A stretch of DNA of 64,000 bases, from the NCBI GenBank assembly GCA_023515725.1, contig JALDTO010000154.1, forward strand, positions 639,484 through 703,483. Direction: 5' to 3'. Position 1 is the stretch's first letter; the number at the start of each line of letters is the position of its first letter. Below are positions 24,923-38,551 of this stretch, one piece after another. Under the pieces are notes generated by a model. The model was given only the letters and a program-made list of their open reading frames with translations. It searched no databases and was not told the origin of the DNA. Both the position numbers and the translations under genes were made by a program. This stretch comes from Amoeboaphelidium protococcarum X5 (Eukaryota > Fungi > Aphelidiomycota).

Positions 24923-25280
24923 AAAAGAAAAGGATTTGCATTTACTCATTGCCCATTGTAGTATGTACTCAATAGCAATCACTGATCTGAAAGTCTACGT
25001 ATATTTCAGTCGAAAGACTTCACTGTCATTTTTGCACACCATATGACACCGCTGATAGTCTCATTCCGCAATTCCATTCGACGCAACATATTCGGTACGT
25101 TGACTCACCTTACAACATTTTGCATCTTAGTCGTTGATTGATTGACTGATTGATTGAACGATGATGAATTGTTCGTTTCGCGTTTCTCTCGTTCGTGTTT
25201 GATCAACAATCTTTCCTCTTCACATTTACCGCCATTTTAGCAACGTTATTATTAAGGACAATAATCACTCAGCTATCATA

Positions 25281-28200
25281 ATGAGCTCCCTTCGTGGTAG
25301 AACTTCCCCTCACATGACTAGAGCGTAAGATTTTACAAAAATAGTATATGTGATAATGAATATATTGACATTTTATGTGGGTAGGTTCAGCATCAAGGAA
25401 AAGGAGAAGGCTGAACATGAGTTATCTATCAGTGTGAAGAAGGCACTAAACCAGGATGAAACTGCACCAAAGTAGAAGCATGTCAGAAGTAAGTCATGTC
25501 ATGATAATAGTAGAAATTATGATAAAATTTATGTAATTGATTGATAATTGTAGTATGTGCTGTGTTTACGTGGGATTTCAAGACTGCTCAGCCGTTCTGG
25601 AATGCTGTCAAGATGCAACCTGTTCTGTCTGATGAGATTCAGTGTTTCAAGGCTCTGATTACAATTCACAAAGTTTTGAGGGATGGGCACTCTTGTGCTC
25701 TGGAAGAGTGTATGAGGGAAGTCCCCTTTTTGGACACTCTGGAGCGGGCTCACACTTATGGTGGTAGGGGATATAGTACTCTTATTCAAGTGTATATCTA
25801 ATTTATCAAGGCCAAGTTGTAATTTCACACCATGCACCCAGAGTTCACAGCCAATATGAGCTATGAAGAGTACAGAGCTCTAAAAAAGGTTGATGATGTG
25901 AATGAGGGCTATATTACTATCACGGAGCTTATGGATCTGCAAGATACGTTGGATAGATTTTAAAAGACTATATTTGATAATTTCAGACCCAACTCTAATA
26001 ATGAATGTAAAATTTCTGCTCTTGTCCCCCTGGTGGAAGAGAGCTATGGTATTTACTAGTTTTTAAATTCGATGTTGACTGCCATGCATAAGACTGTTGA
26101 TGCCGTGGAAGCTATGGAACCTCTTCGTCTAAGATATCGCTAGCAGTATGAGATGTTGCGTAAGTTCTACTTTGAGTGCTCAAATTTGAGATACCTGACC
26201 AGTTTAATAACTGTGCCCACTCTTCCTCCTCTACCTCCAGACTTTACTAATAGTCAGGCTCTTGTGCGCAGAGTTGAGCCTGAGCCTCCTCGCGAAAAGA
26301 CTCCTCCGGTTGATGATCTATGGGGCTCGGTATCTAATATCACTCCAGAGCCAACAGTTATCCAATCTGATTATGAGCGTTAGTAGATGATTATGCGCCA
26401 GTAGCTGATTTAGAATAATAGTCACCTGGATGAGTTGCAGAACTTGAAAAATTAGTTGTTGTAAGCGTAGTAGATCATCCAAGGCTATGAAAGTAGAATT
26501 CAGGATGTGAACCGCGTTATGGGAGAGTACCAGTCCAGAATGTAAGATTATGAGAGGTAATTACGTTCAAAAAGTAGCTGGGATCTTTAAAGGGCACAGA
26601 AAGAGTAAGAAGTTGATGATTTGATCAAGCACTTGCAAGATCAAGTTGCCATGTGGAAAGCCAAGTATGAGAATGTGGCAGCTATGTATGCGTAACTGCG
26701 TAAAGAGCACCTAGATGTCTTGTAAAAGTTTAAGGAGGTGCAAAAGTAGGCTTTATCAGTTAAAGATGTTGTGCTGGAGAAGGAAAAGTTGGCGCAGACC
26801 ATGAAGGCCAAGTTTATGGAGATGGAAGACTTGAAGAAGGAGCGTGACTAGTTTAGAAACCAGCTTGAGAAGTAGAAGGATGAAGGTATTGAGCAGGTTG
26901 CACTATTGCGGAGACAGGCTGCAGATGCGAAAGCTAGATTTGAAGAGCTGTCCATGACAAAGGGTGCAGAAACGTAGAAGCTGGTGGCTTAATTTAAAGT
27001 GGAGAAGGACCAGTCGGAGCAGCTGTTGAAATAGCAATTGGAAGATTAGAATCTTTTGAAGGATGATTTGAGAAATGTAAAGAGTGAACTGGAGAGATTG
27101 AAAGAGTAGAGCAGTGCCAAGGATGAAGAAATACTAGTCTTATAAGCTGGATTAGATCAGAGCCTTATGGCTTTGTAGAATCTGTAATCGTAAGGTTCCT
27201 CGAATGAAGCCTCTCTATTAGGCAAGATTGATTCCTTGAGCCTGGAACATCGATCTTAGATGGATAAGATTATGGACAGTGTTCTTGATGATTGTAAGAA
27301 TAAGACATCAGATGCCATGTTTGAGCTGGATAGCTCAGCTCATAATGGAAATTAAACTGCTACTGCTGAAATTGTTTTATCTCTTCTGGACAAGACATCC
27401 GCTTAGTCTAATGATTTTGCAGCATCGTTCTCAAAGCACTTGGTTGGTGGCGATGCTAGCGGTGAATCTTAAGCTGAGGCGATAAAGAATGCTACAAATC
27501 TGGCTTAATCTGTCTATTATTTGGCTTCCAATTCAAAAGGTCTCCTTCGTCTGGTGGAGGATGTTGAAGATTCTGATGCTGTATCTGATAAATTAATTAA
27601 GCAGGCTAGAGTGATTTCCGAAAACGCCAAGTTTTTCTACCACCGCCTGTAATCTTCTTAGCTTGCATCTGTGGATTTTACTCAGCGGCCACAGAAGGTG
27701 CAGGAGTATAATGCTCAACTACAGTCTACTCTTTCGCCGCTTACTCAGTTAGTATCTTCGCTGGTGTCGAAAGATGCTCGCGGAGGTGATGGTCAGGGTG
27801 AAGAGTTTGACAAGGTGGTTGAAGACGAAATGTTGGCAGCGTCTAAAGCTATTCAGGATGCAATCGATGCTCTTTTGAGATTGCAGAAGGCACCTAGAGA
27901 TCCGAAATTGACTCAAACGGACCTGGCTGTTCATGATTCGATTCTCACCAGTGCGCGGGCCATTACTGATGCTATTGCCAGATTGATTGTGTGTGCAACC
28001 AACTCTCAGAAAGAGATCGTCTCCAATGGTAAAGGCAGTGGTAGTGTGGCTGCTTTTTATAAGAAGAACTCCAGATGGATTGATGGCTTGATATCTGCTG
28101 CGAAAGCTGTAGCTGCAGCCACGAAGCTACTTGTTGAGAGTGCTGATGGTGTCATTTAGGGCACGCACAGTATGGAGTAGTTGGTTGTCGCTGCCCAAGA

Positions 28201-28540
28201 GGTGTCTGGCGCAACAGCACAATTGGTCGCTGCAGCCAGAGTTAAAGCTATAAGAGGCTCAAAGACTCAGGATTCACTGGAGGTCGCTGCCAGGGCCGTT
28301 ACGGACGGTACTCGTATGTTGGTCAAAGTAGTGCAATAATTAAGGGACAGCAATAGCAAGTAGGGACTTGATAAGGATGTCGATTTTTCCAAACTGTCCG
28401 CGCATGAATTCAAGAAGAAGGAAATGGAATAGCAGGTGCAGATATTAAAGTTAGAGCAGTCGCTTAGTGATGCTCGCAGTAGATTAGGTGTTATGCGCAG
28501 ACAAGCCTATCACAAGGAAGGCGATTATAATTTGCAATGA
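25281..28540 (+). CDS. SLA2: Sla2/End4/HIP1 (ANTH-coiled coil-I/LWEQ); introns 25325-25384 and 25489-25553
   Basis: KKALNQDETAPKQKHVR, FKALITIHKVLRDGH, FYFECSNLRYLTSLITVP, FYKKNSRWIDGLISAAKAVA; GTAAG..TAG introns restore the frame. Confidence 0.95.
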
Positions 28541-28671
28541 TTGGATGCCTTTTTTGAATGGAATAATTTATACTTTGTAGTAAAACAGAATTCTATTCAC
28601 CGCTCATTCACTCATCTTCTTTTCAACTATTCATCATCACCGCCATCAATACAACTTCACTCATCGATATC

Positions 28672-31600
28672 TCATTCTCGAGGAGGTTCGCTGCCCCCAG
28701 CCTTATTAGTAAAAATTGAGACATTCGTACCCGTCATCAACTTTCGTCTGGCCTCGCTCTATCCGTCAGGTCCAACTACGCTTATACTATTCTTTTTCCA
28801 TGTACCAAGCTTAAATGTACCACCGGGCTTCATATTAGACATGGCCTCTGGTGATGGAGCTTCATTCGAGTCCATTTGTAGAGCCAAATCGCTTATGTCT
28901 CCGGCACCGTCTTGCGCGCCATCCATTCCAGTGCTGCCCTTTCCAATACGCACTGAGCCTCCACTGAAAAGACGCGACATGAATTTCTGTGTGGTGCCCA
29001 TCTTGCGAGATGATACACTCGGGCGATTCTGATCTTGCGATGCAGACGCACCACCACTACCACCATCTGAATTAGGAATCTACAGCACATCCTATACATC
29101 AGTCGTTGGCATCACTGGACTGGAAACTCTGGCCACTGACTCTAGCTTATCTTGGCTACTCATACGCTGATCTAGCTCAAATTCTATAGTTCTACTGAGA
29201 GACGAAGAGGTAGCAGCCGCGTCATCAAATGATGGTGGATTTAGAGAAATGGTCGGAGCAGGTAAACTGGACAGCCTTTTATTCACCTTCTGGGTAGTGG
29301 AAGAAGAGGCTACATTGTTGCCACCACCATCATTAATATTAATTGCAGACAACTTGGCTAAATTGGAATCCTCACTTGACTTGGTCGACATTCCGCCAAC
29401 TTGGATCATCTGTACACTCTATTAATCATCATCCCCAAGATGAGCCACACGCTCTGCATTTATAGGATGAGATATCAGCGTTGGAGTGGATATCATTCTA
29501 GTCTTTATGTTGGTAGTAGTAGTCTTCTTGGCAGCCTTCTTATCTGCAGGTGTCATGGATTAGGCCGCAACAGTAATCGGCGTTTTGGTCGCTTTAACGC
29601 TGCTCATATTGATGATAGAGAATGGCTTGATAATATGAGGACATTCTTCAATCTATTTCTTACTAGATGTCCATACAGCATGGTACTGCGCATACATATC
29701 AGCCAACTTCTCTTGAAACATGAACAATCTATCCAAGTCGTCTGGCACAATATGGCCACGATGGCCAAGAGTAAGCTCCGTACCTTGTTTCCGATGGGTT
29801 TCCACTTCAGTCTTCAATGTCACCAGGTCATCATGATTATTAATTATTTAAAGATACAGATAGTTCAACTGCCTACTTAGATCTACATCTTGAGCTGTTG
29901 GCACAGCGGCAGTGAACTTTTTATTGGCATCGCTTGCGGGAGCTGTAGAGAAATGAAGAATACAAGTCTTCATTGCATCAATATTAAACGTAATCCAAGG
30001 ATTGCAGAATTCCATGTGAGGCTCTTTACCTTTAAAATCGCTCAGATTAGCCAAGTTTTACATCACTTTAGCAATCAGAGTGAGACTTCTAGATGCCACA
30101 GGATTATCGCTTATCTCTGGCCATAATCCAAAAAGTTTTGGATTCAATATGGCCGGGCAAAAGAATCTTAGAAATATAAAGCCAGACACTGATGAGTACT
30201 GGACCTGATTCAAATTATTCATCTCCTTCTCAGTCGTTGTCTTTCTTCCTCTGAATGAATTGACCACCATTTCCCTGATACTTTGCAGAGTCTCGCGCAT
30301 ATTTTTTGGACACTTCTCAACACTATTCTAAATGGCATCCCAGAACATTTGTGCCCATGCCAGCAGACGCTTCTAGTGTTTCTTAATTAGCTCATCGTCT
30401 GGACGCTCTAGGCGAGTGGGGTCAATTTCACAGCTCTCCTGGCGACTAGACTTTTCATACACAAGCTTTATAGGCGCTGAGAGAGTGTTCATCAAAAACT
30501 CTCCGCACACAATCTTCATGTACTGATCAATGACCTTTGTCGCCATAGAATTACCTCTAAAAATGATATTCGGATCTTCAGTGCCCTCAACATCAACGGA
30601 TAGTAAGGCTCTGAATGCAACAATATCAGAGTCTGTCGCAATCAAAACATTGACCAGACTGCGAGCAAAGTCATCACGAGCAAATGATACACACTTCTCA
30701 GCTGATCTTGCCAGAGTCTTGAGCACCCGATAATCCTCACCGAAAAGAGTATTGACAAACGAAGGATACTCGTACAGCGGCAGAATATTCTCATTAGACA
30801 CTATAGCAGCAATTCTCACAGCTGGATTCCCATCACGCTCAGGTTGATCAAATTCATCTACAGTTGCAGTTTGGATGGGCAGCCACGCTTCATACTTCTT
30901 GTGAACATGATTCTAAGAATTCTATTCATCGGTAAAACTACTCAATTTCACACTAAGAGATCCTAACTGAAGTGACAGATTTTTTCTCCTTCCGCTACTG
31001 TGCACCTCAATCTAAATTTCAGATTCACAATCCGCGAGTTCATCAAAGTAGAACTCCTCACCAAAAAATGGATTCGTACCAGATTTGACGGCAGTCTTTG
31101 CAATCCTAGCCTCATTCACAGAAACGGTACAGAATGTACTATACGTCTTTTAACCCTGAAATGCATTAAACAGATTACCTTAATCCTGTGCCAAGCCTTG
31201 GCCGGCATCAGCAGTGCTAGGACGGGCAGCTGGTTCAAGAACATGAACATCGCGAACCTCCATGATCCACAGAGACAGAGTTCTAATGGTTCTGTAATGG
31301 ACCTCTTTGGGACTGGCACGCGGGAAATTAACGGCAACCTCCTCAGTGGAATCCAGATTGAGTGAAACTGGCTCAGCAAGAGCACTAGACAGATCGGGCA
31401 TACAGCACAAAGAGTACGCCCTCAGTGAGTCCATCCACTCATCCTTCTCTTCCTCTCGCTCCGCTGACAAATACAAAATCTTCTTCTTAATCACAAGTTG
31501 ATTGTTCTCAGTCGTTGTCAGAGATGTAGATATGAGGAATAGATTCTTCTTCTCACCGCCAGACATTGTATCATCCACAGAGTAAACACTTGCTCCACTG

Positions 31601-32879
31601 AGGTCAACAATTCCCTTCGGCTTGGTGGAGTCCTCTTGCTCAAAATAGTACAATCTACCAGATGTTGGCTGATACGAAGGATTAGTCGGATCTGTACGAT
31701 CGCCCATCAACACAAAGTAACGAGGCTTCCACACCAGGTCATTCTCATCCGACTTCTTCAACATTCGACCAGACTTGATTGGATTAACTAAACTATGCAC
31801 CGATATGCTAGGAATCCCCGCTCCAGTTTTACTATCATCAGTAGGATCAAAGCTAGAGTTCATGTGCTCCGTGAAAACCTCCTCCAAATCACCACTAAGA
31901 TCCGTATTCTCCAAGATATCTAATCGCTTCTCTCCCGATTAATTTTCGAACTCAAACAACTATTTCTCCATCAAACACCAATTCTTCAGGGTACTATGGA
32001 CAGTTGCACATCGCTCCTCTTCCTTATTGTACAATTTCTCAAGTAGAGCTGGCAGCAATGTCTACCAATAAATCTGCTGAGCATTTTTACAGTTCTCATC
32101 ATGCTCTTACAACGTGGCGTCAGCGATATTCAACTTCTCCTGGCACACTAGAACCTTTTACTGCAACTTCTCCAGTTCCTTATCTTTGACATTAGGCGTG
32201 CGCTAAGCCTTGGTGAGTGCTTCCTTCGCCTCATTATTAGCTTATAAGCAATCCTCTTGATTCTACTTTACCTTCTTCAATTCTATAAACATATCTTGCA
32301 AAACTCGCTACTACCTCATGGCCTCATCAATCACAGCCTTCCGATCTGCTTCCATTTCCCTGATGTATTGCTGAATCGGTGCAGCCACATCATTACTTAA
32401 AGTCATCGAAACACTTCTCTACACACAATAATCACGATTATCATCACAAACACAGATCAGCTAAACCGTCTACGAATTGAGAAACTTACCGCTACACTGG
32501 CTTAATCATAGAGGCATTAAAGGACATTACTAAATGAACTCCACAGAGATCTACATCAGTCACTCATACAGTATACGAGAGATAAGATTTAATAAAAGTC
32601 AAAGTTAAACTTACGATTTCAATATAGCCATGTCCTGAGACTTATCAGCAGATTTGTTCTTTTAAAAATGGCTCAGAGTTGTCTAACACAGTTTAACTAC
32701 AACAAGTCAATTAGAACAGCCATAATTTCACAATCAGTACACAAACAACAGATGCAAATCCTACCTAGACCCTTGGCATATTCTGCATCCATAGCACTCT
32801 TCTTCTTAAAGAAGTTGAGCAGCTCTTTACTACAGTTTATACTGTCTTCAGTGTACTTGGCCAAAGATTCCAAAGTCAT
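28672..32879 (-). CDS. RasGAP with F-BAR-PH-C2-RasGAP architecture; introns 32697-32764, 32551-32614, 32419-32489
   Basis: FCH-like start (CSKELLNFFKKKSAMDAEYAKGL...SLWSSF), PH (WKPRYFVL...LYYF...EEKDEWMDSL), C2 (FCTVSVNEARIAKTAVKSGTNPFFGEEFYF), RasGAP (IFRGNSMATK, FLRFFCPAILNPKLF, AKVMQNLANL). Confidence 0.9.
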
Positions 32880-33076
32880 TCGATATTCTAATCTTCTTCC
32901 TTGATGTTTACGTATAGATAGACTTTATAAATTAACAAATAATATCAATTAATAGTACTAGTTTGGCAGGGTGTTAAGGATATTTTGACTTCTTAAGACT
33001 TATTAATGAATATTCAGGTGATCACTAGTGCAGTAGAAGTGAAACAGAACAAGAAGTGGATGAGACAACCGGGAAA

Positions 33077-33092
33077 GAGAGAGAGAGAGAGA
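33077..33092. repeat. (GA)8 tract (CT on the sense strand) upstream of the RasGAP gene, next to (TTGA)n at 33124-33140
   Basis: Directly visible. Confidence 0.85.
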
Positions 33093-33461
33093 CAAGATAG
33101 AAGAATAACGACGAGAAAGCGACTTGATTGATTGATTGATCAAACACTCACTTGCCTAGTGAAGCGTCAATCCAATCAATCAGGCGAGTCAAGTAATCAG
33201 TTTTATCTTTAGTGAAGATTTGTTTGCTTGGTTTCCAAACAGATGAAATAGATGACAAGAGAAACTTGGTGATGTTTGCTAGTTTAAAGTGTTTTTAATG
33301 TTTGCTAATTAATGCAGTTCTCTCTTTTCATCTGTCCGTCTCTCTGTATGTCTCTAAATGGTGTCAACTAGAGGTAAAGCGATACACTGAGGAAACAACC
33401 TCCATAAAAAAGAATAAAATATGTATCACGTCAATTTACTTTTATCAAGTCACGATATAGC

Positions 33462-34256
33462 TCAGATGTTTTCGTAGACTTTCTCTTTGAATTCACCAAC
33501 TCTGACACCCTTGTCTTCACCAGTGGCGCCAGATGAGCCGCTCTCACCGTGGAGCTCCAATAGCTTGCCGAGCTCATACTTTGGTGCCTTCAAGATCTTC
33601 ACCTTTCTCACAAACACATTCTACAATGGGTAGATACCCTGAGTGGCCTTCTCAATCTCCTTGCCCATAACCTCTGGGATCAGCTTCTCAACGAGACCCT
33701 TCAAGTCAACAGTCGACACCTCCTTCTTCACAATGTCGAACATCTTCTTGCGGATGGCGCGCACCTGACTGGAGAGAGCGTATGTGGTCTTCTTCACCTG
33801 GTTAGGTCTTCTCTTGGTGAATCCAATGACAAACACGCGCAACAGGTAATCATCAGTGGTCTTGACATCGACGAAAGCCTCAATAAGAGTCTACCACTTC
33901 TTGACCATGGAGCGGATCTTGTCGCTGGTAAAGTCAAGGCCGTAGAAGTTGGTCAGACAAACTTTGCTATTTCCGGCAGTCTAGATCTCCTCAACCTTCA
34001 ACTTGATCTTTCTGAAAGACTGAGCCTCATCCTTATTAAGATCGGCCAGACAGACCTCCAGCACACGTCCACGCAGATAATCATCAGCATTTTTAAGACC
34101 GTACGAGCGGTTCACTAGAGTCTTTCCAATGTCGCGATTCTCGAACATGACTGGTGCCTTAATATCGTACCAGTCCTTACGAGTGAACGGATCCACGACA
34201 CGCTTCTTAATACCCTTCTTTCCCTTGGATAAACGCTTATTCTTACCGACAGCCAT
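33462..34256 (-). CDS. RPS1: 40S ribosomal protein eS1 (S3Ae)
   Basis: [15 protein letters not shown]...[14 protein letters not shown]; KKW[TAG]TLIEA and IYPL[TAG]NV at conserved Gln positions; 264 aa. Confidence 0.98.
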
Positions 34257-34529
34257 GATGTATGCTTTGTTAAATTGCAAAGAAATTAAATGGACCGCGT
34301 CAGGTAAACTGGTGAGGTGACTGGCGAAAAAAATATTGATTTTCTGTCCAATCTAAGGTTAACCGAAATGGCGCGCGCTCTCTCGTTCTCTGCTTGATTT
34401 GACACGCTCGCATTCTAGTACAGCGAGGATTGTACATACTACTCACAGCTGTCAATTAGTACCATCACAAAGAACCAATAAGCGTAAATTATAATTATTC
34501 TCGTGTATCCCGCGTGTGTGTATGTTTGT

Positions 34530-34979
34530 ATGAGTAAAGACAACTTCTATTTACATTACTACTCGGGGCATCGAGGGAAGTTTGGACACGAATTTATAGA
34601 GTTCGAGGTGAGATCAAATGGCCTGGTTCGATATGCCAATCACAGCAATTACAAGAACGACTCTATGATAAAGAAGGAATTTTACATCAGCCAGATTGTG
34701 ATTGATGAAATGAGACGAATTATTGAGTAGTCAAAATTAGTTGGAAATCACGTCACTGATAAAGATTGGCCCAAGCCAGACAGAGTGGGAAAATAAGAAT
34801 TTGATTACTAGTATGGTGAAACTAAATTTCATTTGGAAACGTCCAAGATTGGTTCCCTTACTGAGGTGAACGCTTGTAAAGACTCTGAAGGGCTAAGTCT
34901 ATTCTATTATTTGGTCCAAGACTTGCGGCGCCTCATCTTGTCTCTAATCAGCCTACACTTTAAAATCCGTCCAGTGTGA
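34530..34979 (+). CDS. MAGO: Mago nashi (exon junction complex core)
   Basis: [21 protein letters not shown]...[11 protein letters not shown]...[15 protein letters not shown]. Confidence 0.97.
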
Positions 34980-35449
34980 ATATAAATAAATGTATAATAT
35001 GATTGTTGTTTGTCTGTGTATTACATCCTTGACTCTTCCTTCTATTATGACTAAGCCAACGCGGCTTATTTGTTCGGTTAATGACAGACGCGTTTGGTCG
35101 GCCGACAATATTTAGGATCGTTTGAGTGTTGAATAGAAACGGTTTTTGTTTTAACGCCATTTCTTATACTTCAGTGTATATTCACCCTCCACTTACTTGT
35201 TCTGTCACATTCCAATTATAATTTACGGCAATTAAGTTTTTGCGCTCAATGATCAATTCCACGTTTCCACTCTCGGCTGTGCTTCATCAACGATCAATCA
35301 ATTTTCATCATTTCTGAGGCAACTTTGGGGCGTGTGTTTTCTCTTTTACAGTAACGCGAATTCCCCCTTGTGTATTACAAATTGAATTTATTAATTGTTA
35401 CTACAATTACCAGATTGTATTTGCATCAATATTTTAAGGGAAAATTAGT

Positions 35450-37303
<1,854 letters not shown>

Positions 37304-37404
37304 TCCATTTGTCTTTTGAAGTGACGCTCTAAGTGGAATTGAACGTTGTGAAAGCAATGAAGAGTAAATTTTTTAACGCTATTTTCAACAATTATATTCC
37401 ATTC

Positions 37405-38184
37405 TCATAATACCAAATTCTTTTGAAGTGTCTTTTGTATTGTACTAGACTTGACGTCAATAGCGCTAGGAACTTGGACTTGGATTTAGATATCTACGCT
37501 GGCTCTAGTTGTCTATGGGCGGTAAAGACTAGGTGTATTAGACAATAGACCAAGAACATCAACGCCATTAACATTGCCCGCGTCTTATTCAACGCTAGGA
37601 TACAATTAAATTGATGGTGCTCTCATGTTATGCTTACCCGATAAATAATCCACCAGAGTGTCATTGTCCCTAACACTCAACGATTTTAAAGGCTTTGGAA
37701 TAGGAGCGATTTCATTAATCTCCTTACCAAGATCAACAACAACCTCCAGACCTTATTTCGAATTACGATTTGACTTCTTTGATTATGCTGATGAACCAAA
37801 AGCTTTCTGAATTTTGACGCGTAAATCTGTAGTGTTCAGTACCTTCTTCAAAGTTGCCTCAACTCTACCCGCTATGAACTGCTCAGCCAATACTCGTCGC
37901 TCCTTAACATCCCTCATACCAGCAAGCGCCGAGTCTAACGTGGATCGCGGTAATTTCAGTTCAATCCGCTCACCACTATCTACTTGATGTTGTGGAGGTC
38001 GCCGCTATAATCTATTCTACTCTATCCACTTCAGAACGTCTCCCTTAAGCAATCGGCCATGAGGGCCACTTGATGGTATTGACGCCAACTCTGAGATTCC
38101 ATAGTAAGCCACAAGTCTTTAAACAGAAGGAAGAATAGACACGCTGCCAACTGACGCCATAAGCATTCGACTTGCAGTTGTCAT
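37405..38184 (-). CDS. Pyruvate dehydrogenase E3-binding protein (Pdx1-like) lacking a lipoyl domain
   Basis: Short transit-like peptide, then peripheral subunit-binding domain [35 protein letters not shown] (cf. fungal Pdx1 LLPSV...[13 protein letters not shown]); divergent C-terminus; 259 aa. Confidence 0.65.
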
Positions 38185-38551
38185 TCTGCACTTTTTCAAT
38201 TAAACTATTTACTGCGCTATTATCTATAGATTGATTGATAGATTGAAAAAGACTTTCTATGTAAAGTGTTTAAAGAACTGAAATTTCCTGTTGAGCGAGC
38301 CGACAAGGATCAAATCGGATAAGAAGAGCTGCCCTGTGAATGAGATAGAGCATAAGACAAGCTCTTGTAGATAACGCTCAGGTTTTTTCATTATTTTTAT
38401 TTATTAAAGATTTTGAAATTTTAGTCAGGTCTTACTGATTTTAACTCTCGCATTACCTGTCAACAGTATGCGATACTGCAAGTGATCGAGGACAACATTG
38501 CCCACATCGCTGTTGCACCGTTTTGTTACATAACAACGCACTTTATAGTCA

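Noticed and set aside
33462-34256. Mass pseudogenisation as the explanation for internal stops
   Set aside because: Stops are only TAA/TAG, fall at Gln positions, and essential genes have no frameshifts
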